From an uncultured Spirochaetota bacterium (GTDB taxonomy: Bacteria; Spirochaetota; Spirochaetia; SZUA-6; Fen-1364): 20,459 nucleotides of DNA. The notes beneath the pieces were generated by a model. That model saw nothing but the letters and a program-made list of their open reading frames with translations. It was not told the origin of the DNA and did not search any database. The stretch lies in assembly GCA_963745235.1 (NCBI GenBank), contig CAVUXE010000017.1, positions 1 through 20,459 on the forward strand, written 5' to 3'. Numbering within the stretch: the first letter of the stretch is position 1; every line of letters starts with the position of its first letter. Positions 1-8,505 of this stretch are shown here, one piece after another. The translations under genes and the position numbers were made by a program.

Positions 1-219
1 TTTGTCGAAACCCTTAACGAAATTCGGAATGATTTGGGTGGGCGCGTTGCTTCGTCTCGCCTTGTTGTCAACGGCCTGAATCGTTCAATGCCGGTTCATC
101 TGTCCTACGCCGATTCTCTCGCAGGAAGGGGCGGGAAGTTTTCATCATCCCGCAATCAGCAAGAATAACCAACGCGCAAACGGATCATGTTTTCCTCGCC
201 GAATATGCTCCCGCCGATA
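1..219. repeat. Terminal direct repeat, copy 1 (circular contig overlap)
   Basis: Matches 20240-20459 except for 2 substitutions (cgttcAatGccgg vs cgttcGatCccgg) and one A indel (ggaaggggc vs ggaaaggggc). Confidence 0.97.
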
Positions 220-263
220 AACCGCTAAATGAGTATGCACGTCTCGCCGAGGCTGTCGGATGA
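1..263 (+). CDS. parA: 3' part of the ParA partition ATPase, continuing across the circular junction from 19768
   Basis: Using the end-of-window copy of the overlap, the frame reads FVETLNEIRNDLGGRVASSRLVVNGLNRSIPVH...QSARITNAQTDHVFLAEYAPADKPLNEYARLAEAVG*. The TGA at 261-263 overlaps the ATG of the next gene. Confidence 0.85.
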
Positions 264-517
264 GTGAAAGACTACACCGCAAACCAAAGGCGACGGATAC
301 GGCCCAAAGAGCCTCGATGGACGTTGACTCGCGCGGGCTCGCCCCTCGACCCGAGGTGATTCCAGAGGCGGAGACAAATATGAAGCCCGTCTCTTTTTAT
401 ATTGATCCCGCCGATTATAAGGCGTTGAAAATTGTCGCGGCGGACCTGGGCTTAGGCATAGGGGCGGGAATGAGGTTCGCAATCCGTGACTTCCTAAAGA
501 GAAAGGGCGCGCGCTAG
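260..517 (+). CDS. Ribbon-helix-helix DNA-binding protein, putative type Ib centromere-binding partner of ParA (ParG-like)
   Basis: ATGA overlap with the parA stop. Flexible N-terminus followed by the beta-strand/helix pattern KPVSFYIDPADYKALKIVAADLG...MRFAIRDFL. Confidence 0.7.
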   Translation: MSERLHRKPKATDTAQRASMDVDSRGLAPRPEVIPEAETNMKPVSFYIDPADYKALKIVAADLGLGIGAGMRFAIRDFLKRKGAR

Positions 518-535
518 CAATCTCTCTTTGGGCAC

Positions 536-898
536 CTATTCGAGGAACTTTCGATAATCCACGCCAAGAACCTTACCGAGCTTGCGCGCCATTGCGAGGC
601 CGATCACGCGCCGATCGTTCTCGATTGCGGAGAGATTTGGATACTTCGTTCCAACGGCATGGGCGAGTTTGACGAGTGTCATTCCGGCCCGTTCGCGATA
701 CGCACGGACAAGCCTTCCTGGCGTTTTTGCGGCCTTTATTTCCTTCGCGAGGGCGGACGTCTTCCACTCCACAGCCTCGCTCTCGTCATCAACGAGGACG
801 GCATCGGGCAGGCTCTTCTTGAGGAGGGCCGCGACCGTGGCTGCACCCTCACCTGTGAGACTTACGTTAATATGGCGCGTCTTCTCGACTACCAGCAT
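536..898 (-). CDS. XRE-family HTH antitoxin (HigA-like)
   Basis: C-terminal HTH_3 pattern VRAYRERAGMTLVKLAHAVGTKYPNLSAIENDRRVIG. Lies downstream of and overlaps a RelE-like gene. Confidence 0.85.
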   Translation of the reverse strand: MLVVEKTRHINVSLTGEGAATVAALLKKSLPDAVLVDDESEAVEWKTSALAKEIKAAKTPGRLVRAYRERAGMTLVKLAHAVGTKYPNLSAIENDRRVIGLAMARKLGKVLGVDYRKFLE

Positions 899-1130
899 AA
901 TACACCTCTATATCCTTCGAATCCGTTTCGTTGTACCAACATGCCACCCATGAATAGGCTAGATGACAATGATACTTCGACTTTCCGAGCGAGGAGAAAT
1001 TCGGCCACGTCGTTTGTATCGGTCCCTTCGCCTCGAGGTCTTCAGCCAACTCATCGAAGAGAATGCGAACCGACTCAGGAGCTTTCGAGAGCTTCTTTAA
1101 GGCGGTTTTCCTCACCGTCACCCGGTACAC
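867..1130 (-). CDS. RelE/HigB-superfamily type II toxin
   Basis: 87 aa, MYRVTVRKTALKKLSKAP...NFSSLGKSKYHCHL...IEVYYAGSREDAPY. Toxin-first order with an XRE gene. Confidence 0.8.
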   Translation of the reverse strand: MYRVTVRKTALKKLSKAPESVRILFDELAEDLEAKGPIQTTWPNFSSLGKSKYHCHLAYSWVACWYNETDSKDIEVYYAGSREDAPY

Positions 1131-1135
1131 GCCTA

Positions 1136-1164
1136 AATGTATCTCTTGTGATACATAATGTCAA
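1136..1164 (-). promoter_or_regulatory. sigma70 promoter of TA operon 1 with an operator palindrome
   Basis: Minus strand TTGACA-17 nt-TACATT, 5 nt before the GTG start. Overlapped by the palindrome ATGTATC-N6-GATACAT (1137-1156). Confidence 0.7.
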
Positions 1165-1206
1165 GAAAAAACGGAAGGGAATCGAGAACACCACCCCTAT
1201 TTCCGA

Positions 1207-1235
1207 TTGACAAGACATTCCATATATGGAATATT
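1207..1235 (+). promoter_or_regulatory. Promoter/operator of TA operon 2
   Basis: TTGACA-17 nt-AATATT containing the perfect 16-bp palindrome ATTCCATATATGGAAT (1217-1232). Confidence 0.65.
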
Positions 1236-1245
1236 CATGTATAGG

Positions 1246-1635
1246 ATGCACCGCCACAAAGAGGTAACTCCTACGGAAGAATGGGAGGTCGAGTATTCTG
1301 ACGAGTTCGGCCTCTGGTGGGATTCACTCACTGAGAGTGAGCAAGACGACGTGGCAGCAGTCGTAGAAGTTTTACAGAAGGTTGGTCCGACTTTGAGGCG
1401 GCCTCTTAGTGGCAGTATTGAGGGATCGCGCTATCCGAATATGAAGGAGCTTGTCATTCAACACGCAGGTAGCCCGTATCGGGTGCTGTATGCTTTTGAC
1501 CCTCGCCGAATCGCGATACTTCTTGTCGGAGGCAATAAGACAGGAAACGATCGCTGGTACGAAGAATTCGTACCACAGGCAGACAGGATTTACGGTGACC
1601 ATCTGAAAGCGGTGGAAAAGGAAGGATTACTATAA
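1246..1635 (+). CDS. higB: HigB/RelE-like (Gp49-like) type II toxin; start uncertain (1237 or 1246)
   Basis: WEVEYSDEF..WW..L...GPTLRRP.SGSIEGSRYPNMKEL...PYRVLYAFDPRRIAILLVGGNK. The TTG at 1207 is the -35 box, so it is unlikely to be the start. Confidence 0.88.
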   Translation: MHRHKEVTPTEEWEVEYSDEFGLWWDSLTESEQDDVAAVVEVLQKVGPTLRRPLSGSIEGSRYPNMKELVIQHAGSPYRVLYAFDPRRIAILLVGGNKTGNDRWYEEFVPQADRIYGDHLKAVEKEGLL

Positions 1636-1970
1636 TGGCAAAGAACTTTGCTGCTCTGATTAATAAGATGCCTGCGCCACGGCAGGCTAGAATCAAAGCC
1701 AAAGCGAATGCACTTCTCAAGGGAATGGCTTTGAATGAATTGCGTGAAGCGCTCAATCTCACCCAGGAGGAGCTGGCAACCACCCTAAAGGTTAAGCAAG
1801 CTGAGATTTCTAAGCTCGAACATAGGTCGGATATCTACCTGAGTACTTTAAGAAGGATTATTGAGGCAATGGGTGGGACGCTTGAGATAGTGGCGCGTAT
1901 GCCGGATGGTCCGGTTACAATACAGATGTTCAGAAAGGTGAGAAGTAGTCGTGGAGTCCGTATTAGTTAA
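1635..1970 (+). CDS. higA: HigA-like XRE HTH antitoxin
   Basis: TAATG coupling to the toxin. LNELREALNLTQEELATTLKVKQAEISKLEHRSDIYLSTLRRIIEAMGGTLEIVA. Confidence 0.9.
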   Translation: MAKNFAALINKMPAPRQARIKAKANALLKGMALNELREALNLTQEELATTLKVKQAEISKLEHRSDIYLSTLRRIIEAMGGTLEIVARMPDGPVTIQMFRKVRSSRGVRIS

Positions 1971-1997
1971 GACAGTCTTGGGCGAAACGATAGGCCT

Positions 1998-2025
1998 CAT
2001 GCCGATAAGCCGCTTCCGGTCTACT
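1998..2025 (+). other. dif-like recombination site candidate S1
   Basis: CATGCCGATAA-GCCGCT-TCCGGTCTACT (11-6-11), intergenic, 27 nt after the higA stop. Confidence 0.5.
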
Positions 2026-2244
2026 CCAGTAAGGACGAGCCTGTCTATGGGGAGCGGGACAGGCCTTGCGGCCTTGCTGACTCCAACGCTTCCCCATCCG
2101 TTGAACAAGAAATAAAGAAGCGCGAACGAAAGAGAAGGAGAGGGTGTAGCTTCGGATGTTTCTCGACCAACACGCCGCCGAGTGATTCGCGCCGCTGTCC
2201 AGGGGTGATTCACAGGCTAAGACAGTCTTCGATATTCTCCCCTC

Positions 2245-3279
2245 ATGTCAGAAGCACTGAAGGAACAATGGAGAGATCTGTTCGCCGCCGCCGAGGCTTT
2301 CCGGGAGCTCGGCCCCTGGGCATGGATGGACGACAGCATGGTTTTCGGAGTGGCGGATGGGAACCATGGACAGATTGCCTGGTGCTGTGTTCTGGGCCTG
2401 AGAGGGGAGGTTTTCGGGTTGGCCGCCTACCTTGGCTCCGCGGGGCTTAGCATCCACAGCAGAATCCAGGTTGGCGAACTGAGGGCAGAGGACGATGAAA
2501 TCCGTTATGGGTTTCCGTGCCTCATGGTGTCGTTTGAAAACCGCCAGGGACTGGAAGCCAGCGATCTTGCGCGCATAAAATCGCTCGGCCTCACCTTTCG
2601 GGGGCGCAACGGTTGGCCGCAATTTAGGAGTCATCGACGTGGATGGTACCCTTGGCGTCTCGATGGATCGGAGGTCGTTTTCTTTACTGAAGTACTGCAG
2701 CAAGCCTCTGCGGTATGCTTGCGGTTACGAGCCGAGCCGCAACTGCTGGAGCCACCACGGGCGAGGGAGCTTTTCGTTCGCGTGATGGCAGGGGATGGGG
2801 GGTGGACCGATCAGTGGACAAAACCAGTTCCCTCCCCTGTTGTACCACTTCAAGAATCCGTAGTGGACGAAACTGAGGCCGCAAGACTGAAAGGCTCGAC
2901 GGCCAGACAGGAAGGGATCTGGGAAGCGGACCTTTTTTACGTGCCCACTCCAACACGAGAGTCACCAGGTGAACGACCTTACTACCCTGTGGCCATGTGC
3001 TGGGTCGATCAACATAGCGGGCTGAGCTTGGGCTTTGAACTTCTTGAGCAGGCGGATGATCCTGACCTGAAAGCCTGGGCGTTGAACAAGCAGTTGCTCG
3101 AACTCGTAAAAAAGCACTCCATGATCCCACTGGCCATCCATGTCCCGCGACGGACTCTTGCAGCGGCGCTAGAGAAGGTGGCCGCGATCCTTGGATGTGA
3201 GCTATCTGCATCGAAGCGCCTGCCCGCACTGAAAGAGCTCAAGGCGAGCCTGTTCCAACGCTTCGCTGGTGGTAGGTGA
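2245..3279 (+). CDS. Conserved hypothetical protein, 344 aa (resembles DUF7309/DUF6930-type proteins, from memory)
   Basis: Long ORF with the pattern W..LF.AA..F..L.PW.WM.D...FGV...C.VLG..GE.FGLA.Y.G..GL and G...WPQFRS...G.YPW. Upstream TTCACA-18-TATTCT. Confidence 0.8.
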   Translation: MSEALKEQWRDLFAAAEAFRELGPWAWMDDSMVFGVADGNHGQIAWCCVLGLRGEVFGLAAYLGSAGLSIHSRIQVGELRAEDDEIRYGFPCLMVSFENRQGLEASDLARIKSLGLTFRGRNGWPQFRSHRRGWYPWRLDGSEVVFFTEVLQQASAVCLRLRAEPQLLEPPRARELFVRVMAGDGGWTDQWTKPVPSPVVPLQESVVDETEAARLKGSTARQEGIWEADLFYVPTPTRESPGERPYYPVAMCWVDQHSGLSLGFELLEQADDPDLKAWALNKQLLELVKKHSMIPLAIHVPRRTLAAALEKVAAILGCELSASKRLPALKELKASLFQRFAGGR

Positions 3280-3306
3280 TAGGAGGAGCCTTTCGATCTG
3301 AGTACA

Positions 3307-3334
3307 GCAGCTTATAATCGGCGATCGGTCTACT
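3307..3334 (+). other. dif-like recombination site candidate S2
   Basis: GCAGCTTATAA-TCGGCG-ATCGGTCTACT (11-6-11), 27 nt after the stop at 3279. Confidence 0.5.
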
Positions 3335-3602
3335 TGAGGAAGCCTAAGGGGGCGTGCCTCAAAGGGAAAGCCTGGCATCCCAAGCCTAAACCAAAAATGG
3401 GGCCGGTGCGGGACGCGGAAAACACTGCACCACCCGGGCAGGGAAGGCGTGGCGTACCAGAAATCGCGACGCTGTGTCCGTCTTGACGCGGCCCGCCGAA
3501 GGTATATGATGCCGGAAAGTTTTTCGCTGCTCTTCGTCGGCCCGTCCGCGCATCCTGTCAAACACCCACAACCGACAAGGAAAAGCCCAAGGGAGAAAGC
3601 GT

Positions 3603-4559
3603 ATGAAGAAACTATTGATGATTTTGTCGGCCTGCTTGTTCCTTACTCCCGTAGCCTTCGCTCAAGACTTCATCTCGCTTTTGCAGACTGGTACACCGGA
3701 GCAATTACAGACGGCAATAGCTGGAGGGGCAAAGGTCAATGACAAGATCACCGGTAGGACGCCCCTGATGATCGCGGCAGAGAAAAACCCAAAACCCGAG
3801 GTCATCACCACCTTGTTGAAGGCCGGGGCGGGACTGAACGACGAGTCCACTGAAGTCGCAACACCCTTGATGTATGCCGCGCGGAACCCGAACCCCGAGG
3901 TTATCTCTGTCCTCTTGAAGGCCGGGGCGAAGGATCGCCCGAACATTCCGCCCGGCATGGCGGCTGTCTGGACGGCTTTGATGTGGGCAGCGGGGTACAA
4001 CCCGAACCCCGAGGTCATGGCGACGTTGCTGAAGGCCGGGGCGAGAATTGACGAAAAAGATGGGGACAACGAGACAGCTCTGCTATGGGCGGCCAGGTAC
4101 AACGCGAATCCCGAAGTCATTACTACCCTGTTGAATGCCGGTGCCAAAATTGACGACAGAGCTGACAATCGCATGACGCCCTTGATAGTGGCAGCTGCGC
4201 GGAACCCGAACCCCGAGGTCATTGTGACGTTACTGAAGGCTGGGGCGAGAATTGACGACAGAGAAGGCAAAGGCATGACACCCCTGATGGAGGCAGCGAT
4301 GGCCAACAGCCCCGAGGTCATTTCCATCCTTCTGAAGGCCGGGGCGAAACTTGATGATAAAGACCCGAGCGGTCGAACTCCCTTGATGTGGGCGGCATGG
4401 CAGAACCATAACCCCAAGGTGGTCATGGTCCTTCTGAACGCGGGGGCAGACGGTAAGCTGAAATGCGATGACAAAACAGCCTTCGACTATGCCGCAGGAA
4501 ATGACAAGCTGCAGGGTACGGACGCATACGAGGCGCTGCGGACGGCGGCAGGGAAATAG
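3603..4559 (+). CDS. Secreted ankyrin-repeat protein
   Basis: Signal peptide MKKLLMILSACLFLTPVAFA and about 7-8 repeats of TPLM.AA..NPNPEVI..LLKAGA.ID. RBS GGAG. Promoter TTGACG-16-TATGAT at 3483-3510. Confidence 0.95.
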   Translation: MKKLLMILSACLFLTPVAFAQDFISLLQTGTPEQLQTAIAGGAKVNDKITGRTPLMIAAEKNPKPEVITTLLKAGAGLNDESTEVATPLMYAARNPNPEVISVLLKAGAKDRPNIPPGMAAVWTALMWAAGYNPNPEVMATLLKAGARIDEKDGDNETALLWAARYNANPEVITTLLNAGAKIDDRADNRMTPLIVAAARNPNPEVIVTLLKAGARIDDREGKGMTPLMEAAMANSPEVISILLKAGAKLDDKDPSGRTPLMWAAWQNHNPKVVMVLLNAGADGKLKCDDKTAFDYAAGNDKLQGTDAYEALRTAAGK

Positions 4560-4633
4560 GTGAGCGTCCTGTTATCAGGAGCGCCGACCTTACATGGGAC
4601 GCCGTTCGCCGGCTGTCAAATTTCCCCGGCCGC

Positions 4634-4662
4634 ACTGCCTATAACTATGCCTTCGGTCTACT
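4634..4662 (+). other. dif-like recombination site candidate S3
   Basis: ACTGCCTATAA-CTATGCC-TTCGGTCTACT (11-7-11; the CC could be a homopolymer error), between the ankyrin and hydrolase genes. Confidence 0.45.
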
Positions 4663-4829
4663 TCATCGAGCCAATACTCGGTGCTTGGGAAAGCTGCCTC
4701 GCAACTGCGAATCCCCTTTGTCGGCGGTATCCAAAGAGCAAGAAAACCGAGGGCCTGGTCCTCGAGAACGATGTTCTCGATGAGCGTAAGCGATTTGACC
4801 AGCTTTTCGCGATTGACTATTTACAAACC

Positions 4830-5570
4830 ATGAAAGCCGGGTATCTGGATGTGGGCAAACTTCACATGTACTACGAAATCCATGGCAGGGGCGATCCTCT
4901 TCTCATGCTGCACGGCGAATTCGCTGCGACAGGGATGTTCTCATTGGTGACGCCACAGCTCAGGAGAACCCGTAGAGTCATCTTGGTCGATCAACAAGGT
5001 CACGGTCGTACGGGTGATATCGACCGTCCCCTCAGTTTCAAGCAAATGGCGGAAGATACGGCTGCCCTTCTCAAGCAACTTTCTATTGAGAAAGTCGACG
5101 TTTTTGGTTACAGCGGAGGGGGTACAGTTGCGCTTCAACTCGCTGTCGAGCGTCCCCACTTGGTAAGAAGGCTGGCGTTGGCTTCGGCAATCTACGATGA
5201 ACATGGATACTACCCGGGCGTGATGGAACAACTCAAAAACCCCGTACCGGACGCTTTCCCCTTGCCGTTGCGAAAAGCCTACGAAGGAGTCGCTCCTAAG
5301 CCCGGGGACTGGAAGAATCTCGTATACAAAAGTGCAGAAATGGCAAGGAATCCGGCAACGGCCGGATTCCTTGAACGTTCTCAATTGCAGGAAATCGTTG
5401 GACCGACACTCGTCATTATCGGAGACAAGGATTTCATAGATCCTGACTATGCTGCGAATATGGCAGAAGCCCTGCATACGGAGTTGGTTATTCTACCAGG
5501 TGATCATTCGTCATATGTAGCGGAACAGCCTATCATGCTACTTGCCGCGCTCAACGACTTCTTCGGATGA
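4830..5570 (+). CDS. Alpha/beta fold hydrolase
   Basis: MYYEIHG.G.PLLMLHG, VDQQGHGRT, nucleophile elbow GYSGG, acid in GDKD, His in PGDH. The domain begins at ATG 4830, not 4560. Confidence 0.92.
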   Translation: MKAGYLDVGKLHMYYEIHGRGDPLLMLHGEFAATGMFSLVTPQLRRTRRVILVDQQGHGRTGDIDRPLSFKQMAEDTAALLKQLSIEKVDVFGYSGGGTVALQLAVERPHLVRRLALASAIYDEHGYYPGVMEQLKNPVPDAFPLPLRKAYEGVAPKPGDWKNLVYKSAEMARNPATAGFLERSQLQEIVGPTLVIIGDKDFIDPDYAANMAEALHTELVILPGDHSSYVAEQPIMLLAALNDFFG

Positions 5571-5735
5571 GGAACCTGTTTTAGAGCTCCGATTCCCATC
5601 CATCTTCGCGCGACCTCATAGTGGTCCGCATTGAAAAACTCTCTCCTCTAAACGTTTCTGATAAGGAATCGGGCACTCTATGAGACTTTCACTTCACATC
5701 CTGTGAAGCATCTTCTCGGAAACCGGATTTGGGAT

Positions 5736-6149
5736 CTATTGCTTTGTCTGACTGCCGCGTAACAGCTCCCAGAATGCTCTGGGAGATAGAATCAAGAGCG
5801 GTGTCTCGCTCGATACGGAAAGGAGATCATCATCTCCGGTCACTAGCACCTCAGCGCGACCAGCAATCGCCGAGGCCAGTATCCAACGGTCGGCAGGATC
5901 ACGAACAGGAACCTCGCTCGGTTTCTGTGGCTTCGGTACGAGTTTGACGACACCGAACACCGCTTTTGCGACCGCCACCTGTTCCTCGGGCAGTTTGAGC
6001 TTACGCGTAAGAGCCCGTTCGAACTCCGTCATGATCACGTCATTCAAGATCAACTCATGCTCGGCTAGGACAGTGCGAAGGACATCCGCACACAATCCCC
6101 GTGTGGCAAAAGCCGCCACAAGTACGTTTGTGTCTAGGCAGACCCTCAA
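5736..6149 (-). CDS. vapC: PIN-domain (VapC-like, PIN_3 type) toxin
   Basis: MRVCLDTNVLVAA, RDPADRWILASAIAGRAEVLVTGDDDLL. Start overlaps the antitoxin stop. Confidence 0.92.
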   Translation of the reverse strand: MRVCLDTNVLVAAFATRGLCADVLRTVLAEHELILNDVIMTEFERALTRKLKLPEEQVAVAKAVFGVVKLVPKPQKPSEVPVRDPADRWILASAIAGRAEVLVTGDDDLLSVSSETPLLILSPRAFWELLRGSQTKQ

Positions 6150-6367
6150 GAAACCACTCGGAACACGTCCTCGTCTGTGAGGTAGCCCCGGGCTTCGGCA
6201 AATGGCATGATTTGGCGGCGGGCTTCTTCGAACTGGAGCACCGATAGTTGCCGTCGGAGTGCCTCGCGCGCGACGGCGCTTCGGGACCGGCCGGTTCGCT
6301 TGGCAAGACGATCAAGCTGAAGCTCCATATCCGGGTCAAGCCGGATGGTTATGGCGGCAGTTTTCAT
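6146..6367 (-). CDS. CopG/RHH antitoxin (VapB-like)
   Basis: MKTAAITIRLDPDMELQLDRLAKRTGRSRSAVAREALRRQL...LTDEDVF. TTGCAA-18-TACAAT (TGn-extended) ends 7 nt before ATG 6367. Confidence 0.88.
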   Translation of the reverse strand: MKTAAITIRLDPDMELQLDRLAKRTGRSRSAVAREALRRQLSVLQFEEARRQIMPFAEARGYLTDEDVFRVVS

Positions 6368-6490
6368 GTATGACATTGTATCACGGTCGGTAGTGAGTTT
6401 GCAAGGGAGGGGGGATCAGCCCTGTCAGTTCAACTTCCGCTATCTTGCCTTCTGTCGATTGGATAGAATGTCACTCCAGAAGGAAACGAA

Positions 6491-7943
6491 ATGAAGCTGC
6501 CGTCAAAGCGTCGCGCCGCGAAGGCCGCCCTGCTGGCCTTCCTAGCCCTGACTATTTGCGCGCCATTCGCGCATGCGCAGTTGAGCCGTATGGCGGCGGG
6601 AGCCGAGGTGATCAATTCGCTTGCTGTCACCGCCGCGATCTGGGGAGCGCCCCTCGTCACTATGTTCAATCTCCGCTACAACGACGTGGTAGGACCGGCG
6701 GCAAAGGCCGCCCCAAACTCCATCTGGCGGGAGGCGGACATTTCCACCCCGCAAGTTGCCGAAGAGGCGGGCTACGTCACGCCAAAATGTGAACACGGTC
6801 TATGGTTTCGGCTTCCTCGATCTGGGGTCCCAGCCGCAGGTGCTGAGCGTACCCGATTCCGATGGGCGCTACTACATGGTCGAGATCGTCGACATGTGGA
6901 CAAACGCCTTCGCCTACGCGGGCGGCGTTGAGACGGGGTACAAAGGCGGAACCTTCGTCCTCGCTGGTCCCGGGTGGCAGGGGCCCCTTCCGGATGGCGT
7001 TCGACGCGTCGACTGCCCGGCGCGCTGGGTCATGATCCAGCCACGGGTCCATGTCGGCGGACCGGAAGACCTGGCGGCGGCGGAGAAAGTGCTGCATGCC
7101 ATAACTGTCACGGGCCTGGCCGAGTTCACGGGCCACCCGGCGTCGCCTGCGCCCGCTTATGCCTACGTGGCGCCAAACCGGAAAGATCCTAAACTGCCCG
7201 TCAGTGCCCTTGATTACCGCGACCCGCTGCAGTTCTGGGAGATTCTATCCGCGGCCATGAACGAAAACCCGCCGCCGTCCGATCAGCTATCAGCACTTGT
7301 GCCCCTCTTCGCGCCCCTCGGGCTAGCGCCGGGGAGGAGCTGGGACCGCACTAAGATGAACCCGCTGGTCCTACAGGCCATGGCCAAGGCCGCAGCTGAC
7401 ATCGGGCCCATCTTGGCCGCCTTGGGCGGCAACCACATCCGCAACGGCTGGGAAATCCCGCCGACAACCATGGGCGACTTCGGGACGGACTATCTAACTC
7501 GCGCCGTCATCGCCCGTAACGGTTTGAGCGGCAACACTCCAAAAGAGGCTATCTACTACCTCGCCTATACAGACAGTGCTGGTCAAGAGCTTTCAGGCTC
7601 CCAGGGCTACACTCTGACCTTTAACGAGACGCCGTCGGTTGTCGCGCCCGGCTTCTGGTCCGTGACAATGTACGACGCCGTCAACGATTACCCGATCTCC
7701 AATCCAATAAACCGCTACTCGCTGGGGAGCGACAATGCGGGCATGCAGCACAATCCCGACGGCAGTCTGACAATCTACCTGCAACGGTACACTCCGGGCA
7801 CTGACAAGGCGGCCAACTGGCTGCCCTGCCCACCGGGGCGCTTTTTTCTCGCTCTCCGCGCCTACGCGCCGGCGAAGGCGATGGTCAGGTCTCTGACCGA
7901 CCCTGCGGCCTACGAGCCGCCGATCATCGCCGTGGCGAAATAG
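6491..7943 (+). CDS. Exported DUF1254/DUF1214-domain protein (about 483 aa), split by a +1 frameshift at AAAA 6784-6787
   Basis: Signal peptide, AAIWGAPLV. Removing one A restores TPNVNTVYGFGFLDL. Also VPDSDGRYY.V...DMWTN, FWSVTMYD, NPINRYSL, DGSLTIYLQ, NWLP.P.G.F.L.LRAY. Confidence 0.88.
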
Positions 7944-8505
7944 TCGGGCGGCCTCAGGACCTTGCTGCGCCCCAAGCAACTGACCTGGGTACTTGGCTAC
8001 AGTCACGGCGGAGTAGGCAGAAGAGGTTCTATCTCCCGCCAAAGACTATCAGGAACAAGTCCCCCTTACTTCGTAGCGCTCTCATAGTTGAAGGCATTAT
8101 CCTCACGGTTTGCGCATTCGGCGCGCAGGTGTGATTACCCATTCTGTCGATTTCCAGGAGTGCATGCTTTCCCGCTGACAATGCCTTTCTGCTCCTCTGC
8201 CCTCTCCTCTGTGACGTGAGGCATTTTGGCTATCTTACGGAGAGGAGGAATAGAATTACGGATGTAGAGAACTTCAATTTGACTCCGACTCTGTGAAAAC
8301 GCGCCAGACAGGCGCAACAGTGTAGGGAGGAAGCGAAAATGAAGTACATGCTGATGAGCTTCGCAAGGAGGCTTTCGAGATGGCAATGGCCCCAATCTGG
8401 CTTGACGAGGGTCGCGAATACGACAAAACTGGAGTTGGAGAGAGAGGGATTCCAATAGACAGCACGAATTGCAGGTCAAATGGGAAATCCAAGAGGAGGT
8501 GTCAT

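Noticed and set aside
1-219. Terminal repeats as phage DTRs or transposon ends
   Set aside because: They fall in the middle of parA and no phage genes are present, so they are best read as assembly overlap.
210-237. Extra dif-like site CCCGCCGATAA-ACCGCT-AAATGAGTATG, partly similar to S1
   Set aside because: It lies inside the parA coding sequence and the right arm is poor. Probably chance.
3780-4420. Periodic DNA repeats as a CRISPR array
   Set aside because: They are ankyrin coding repeats of about 100 bp, and no cas genes are present.
3662-4474. Long antisense ORFs (3662-4474, 8986-10005, 17340-17933 and others)
   Set aside because: They are shadows of well-supported genes on the opposite strand in GC-rich DNA.
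4560-4829. 90-aa N-terminal extension of the hydrolase
   Set aside because: It has no RBS or domain character, and the region contains S3, a hairpin (4762-4780) and a TTGACC box.
5571-5735. Expected cassette site after the hydrolase gene
   Set aside because: Only poor matches were found (CTGATAA-GGAATC-GGGCACTCTAT and TGGGATCTATT). This absence weakens the array model.
536-8000. Classical integron with attC sites
   Set aside because: No RYYYAAC...GTTRRRY hairpins were seen after the genes, and the recombinase lacks the IntI-specific insertion before HxLR.
8292-8310. LacI/cre-type operator TGAAAACGCGCCAG upstream of the ABC operon
   Set aside because: Only a half-site matches, which is insufficient support.
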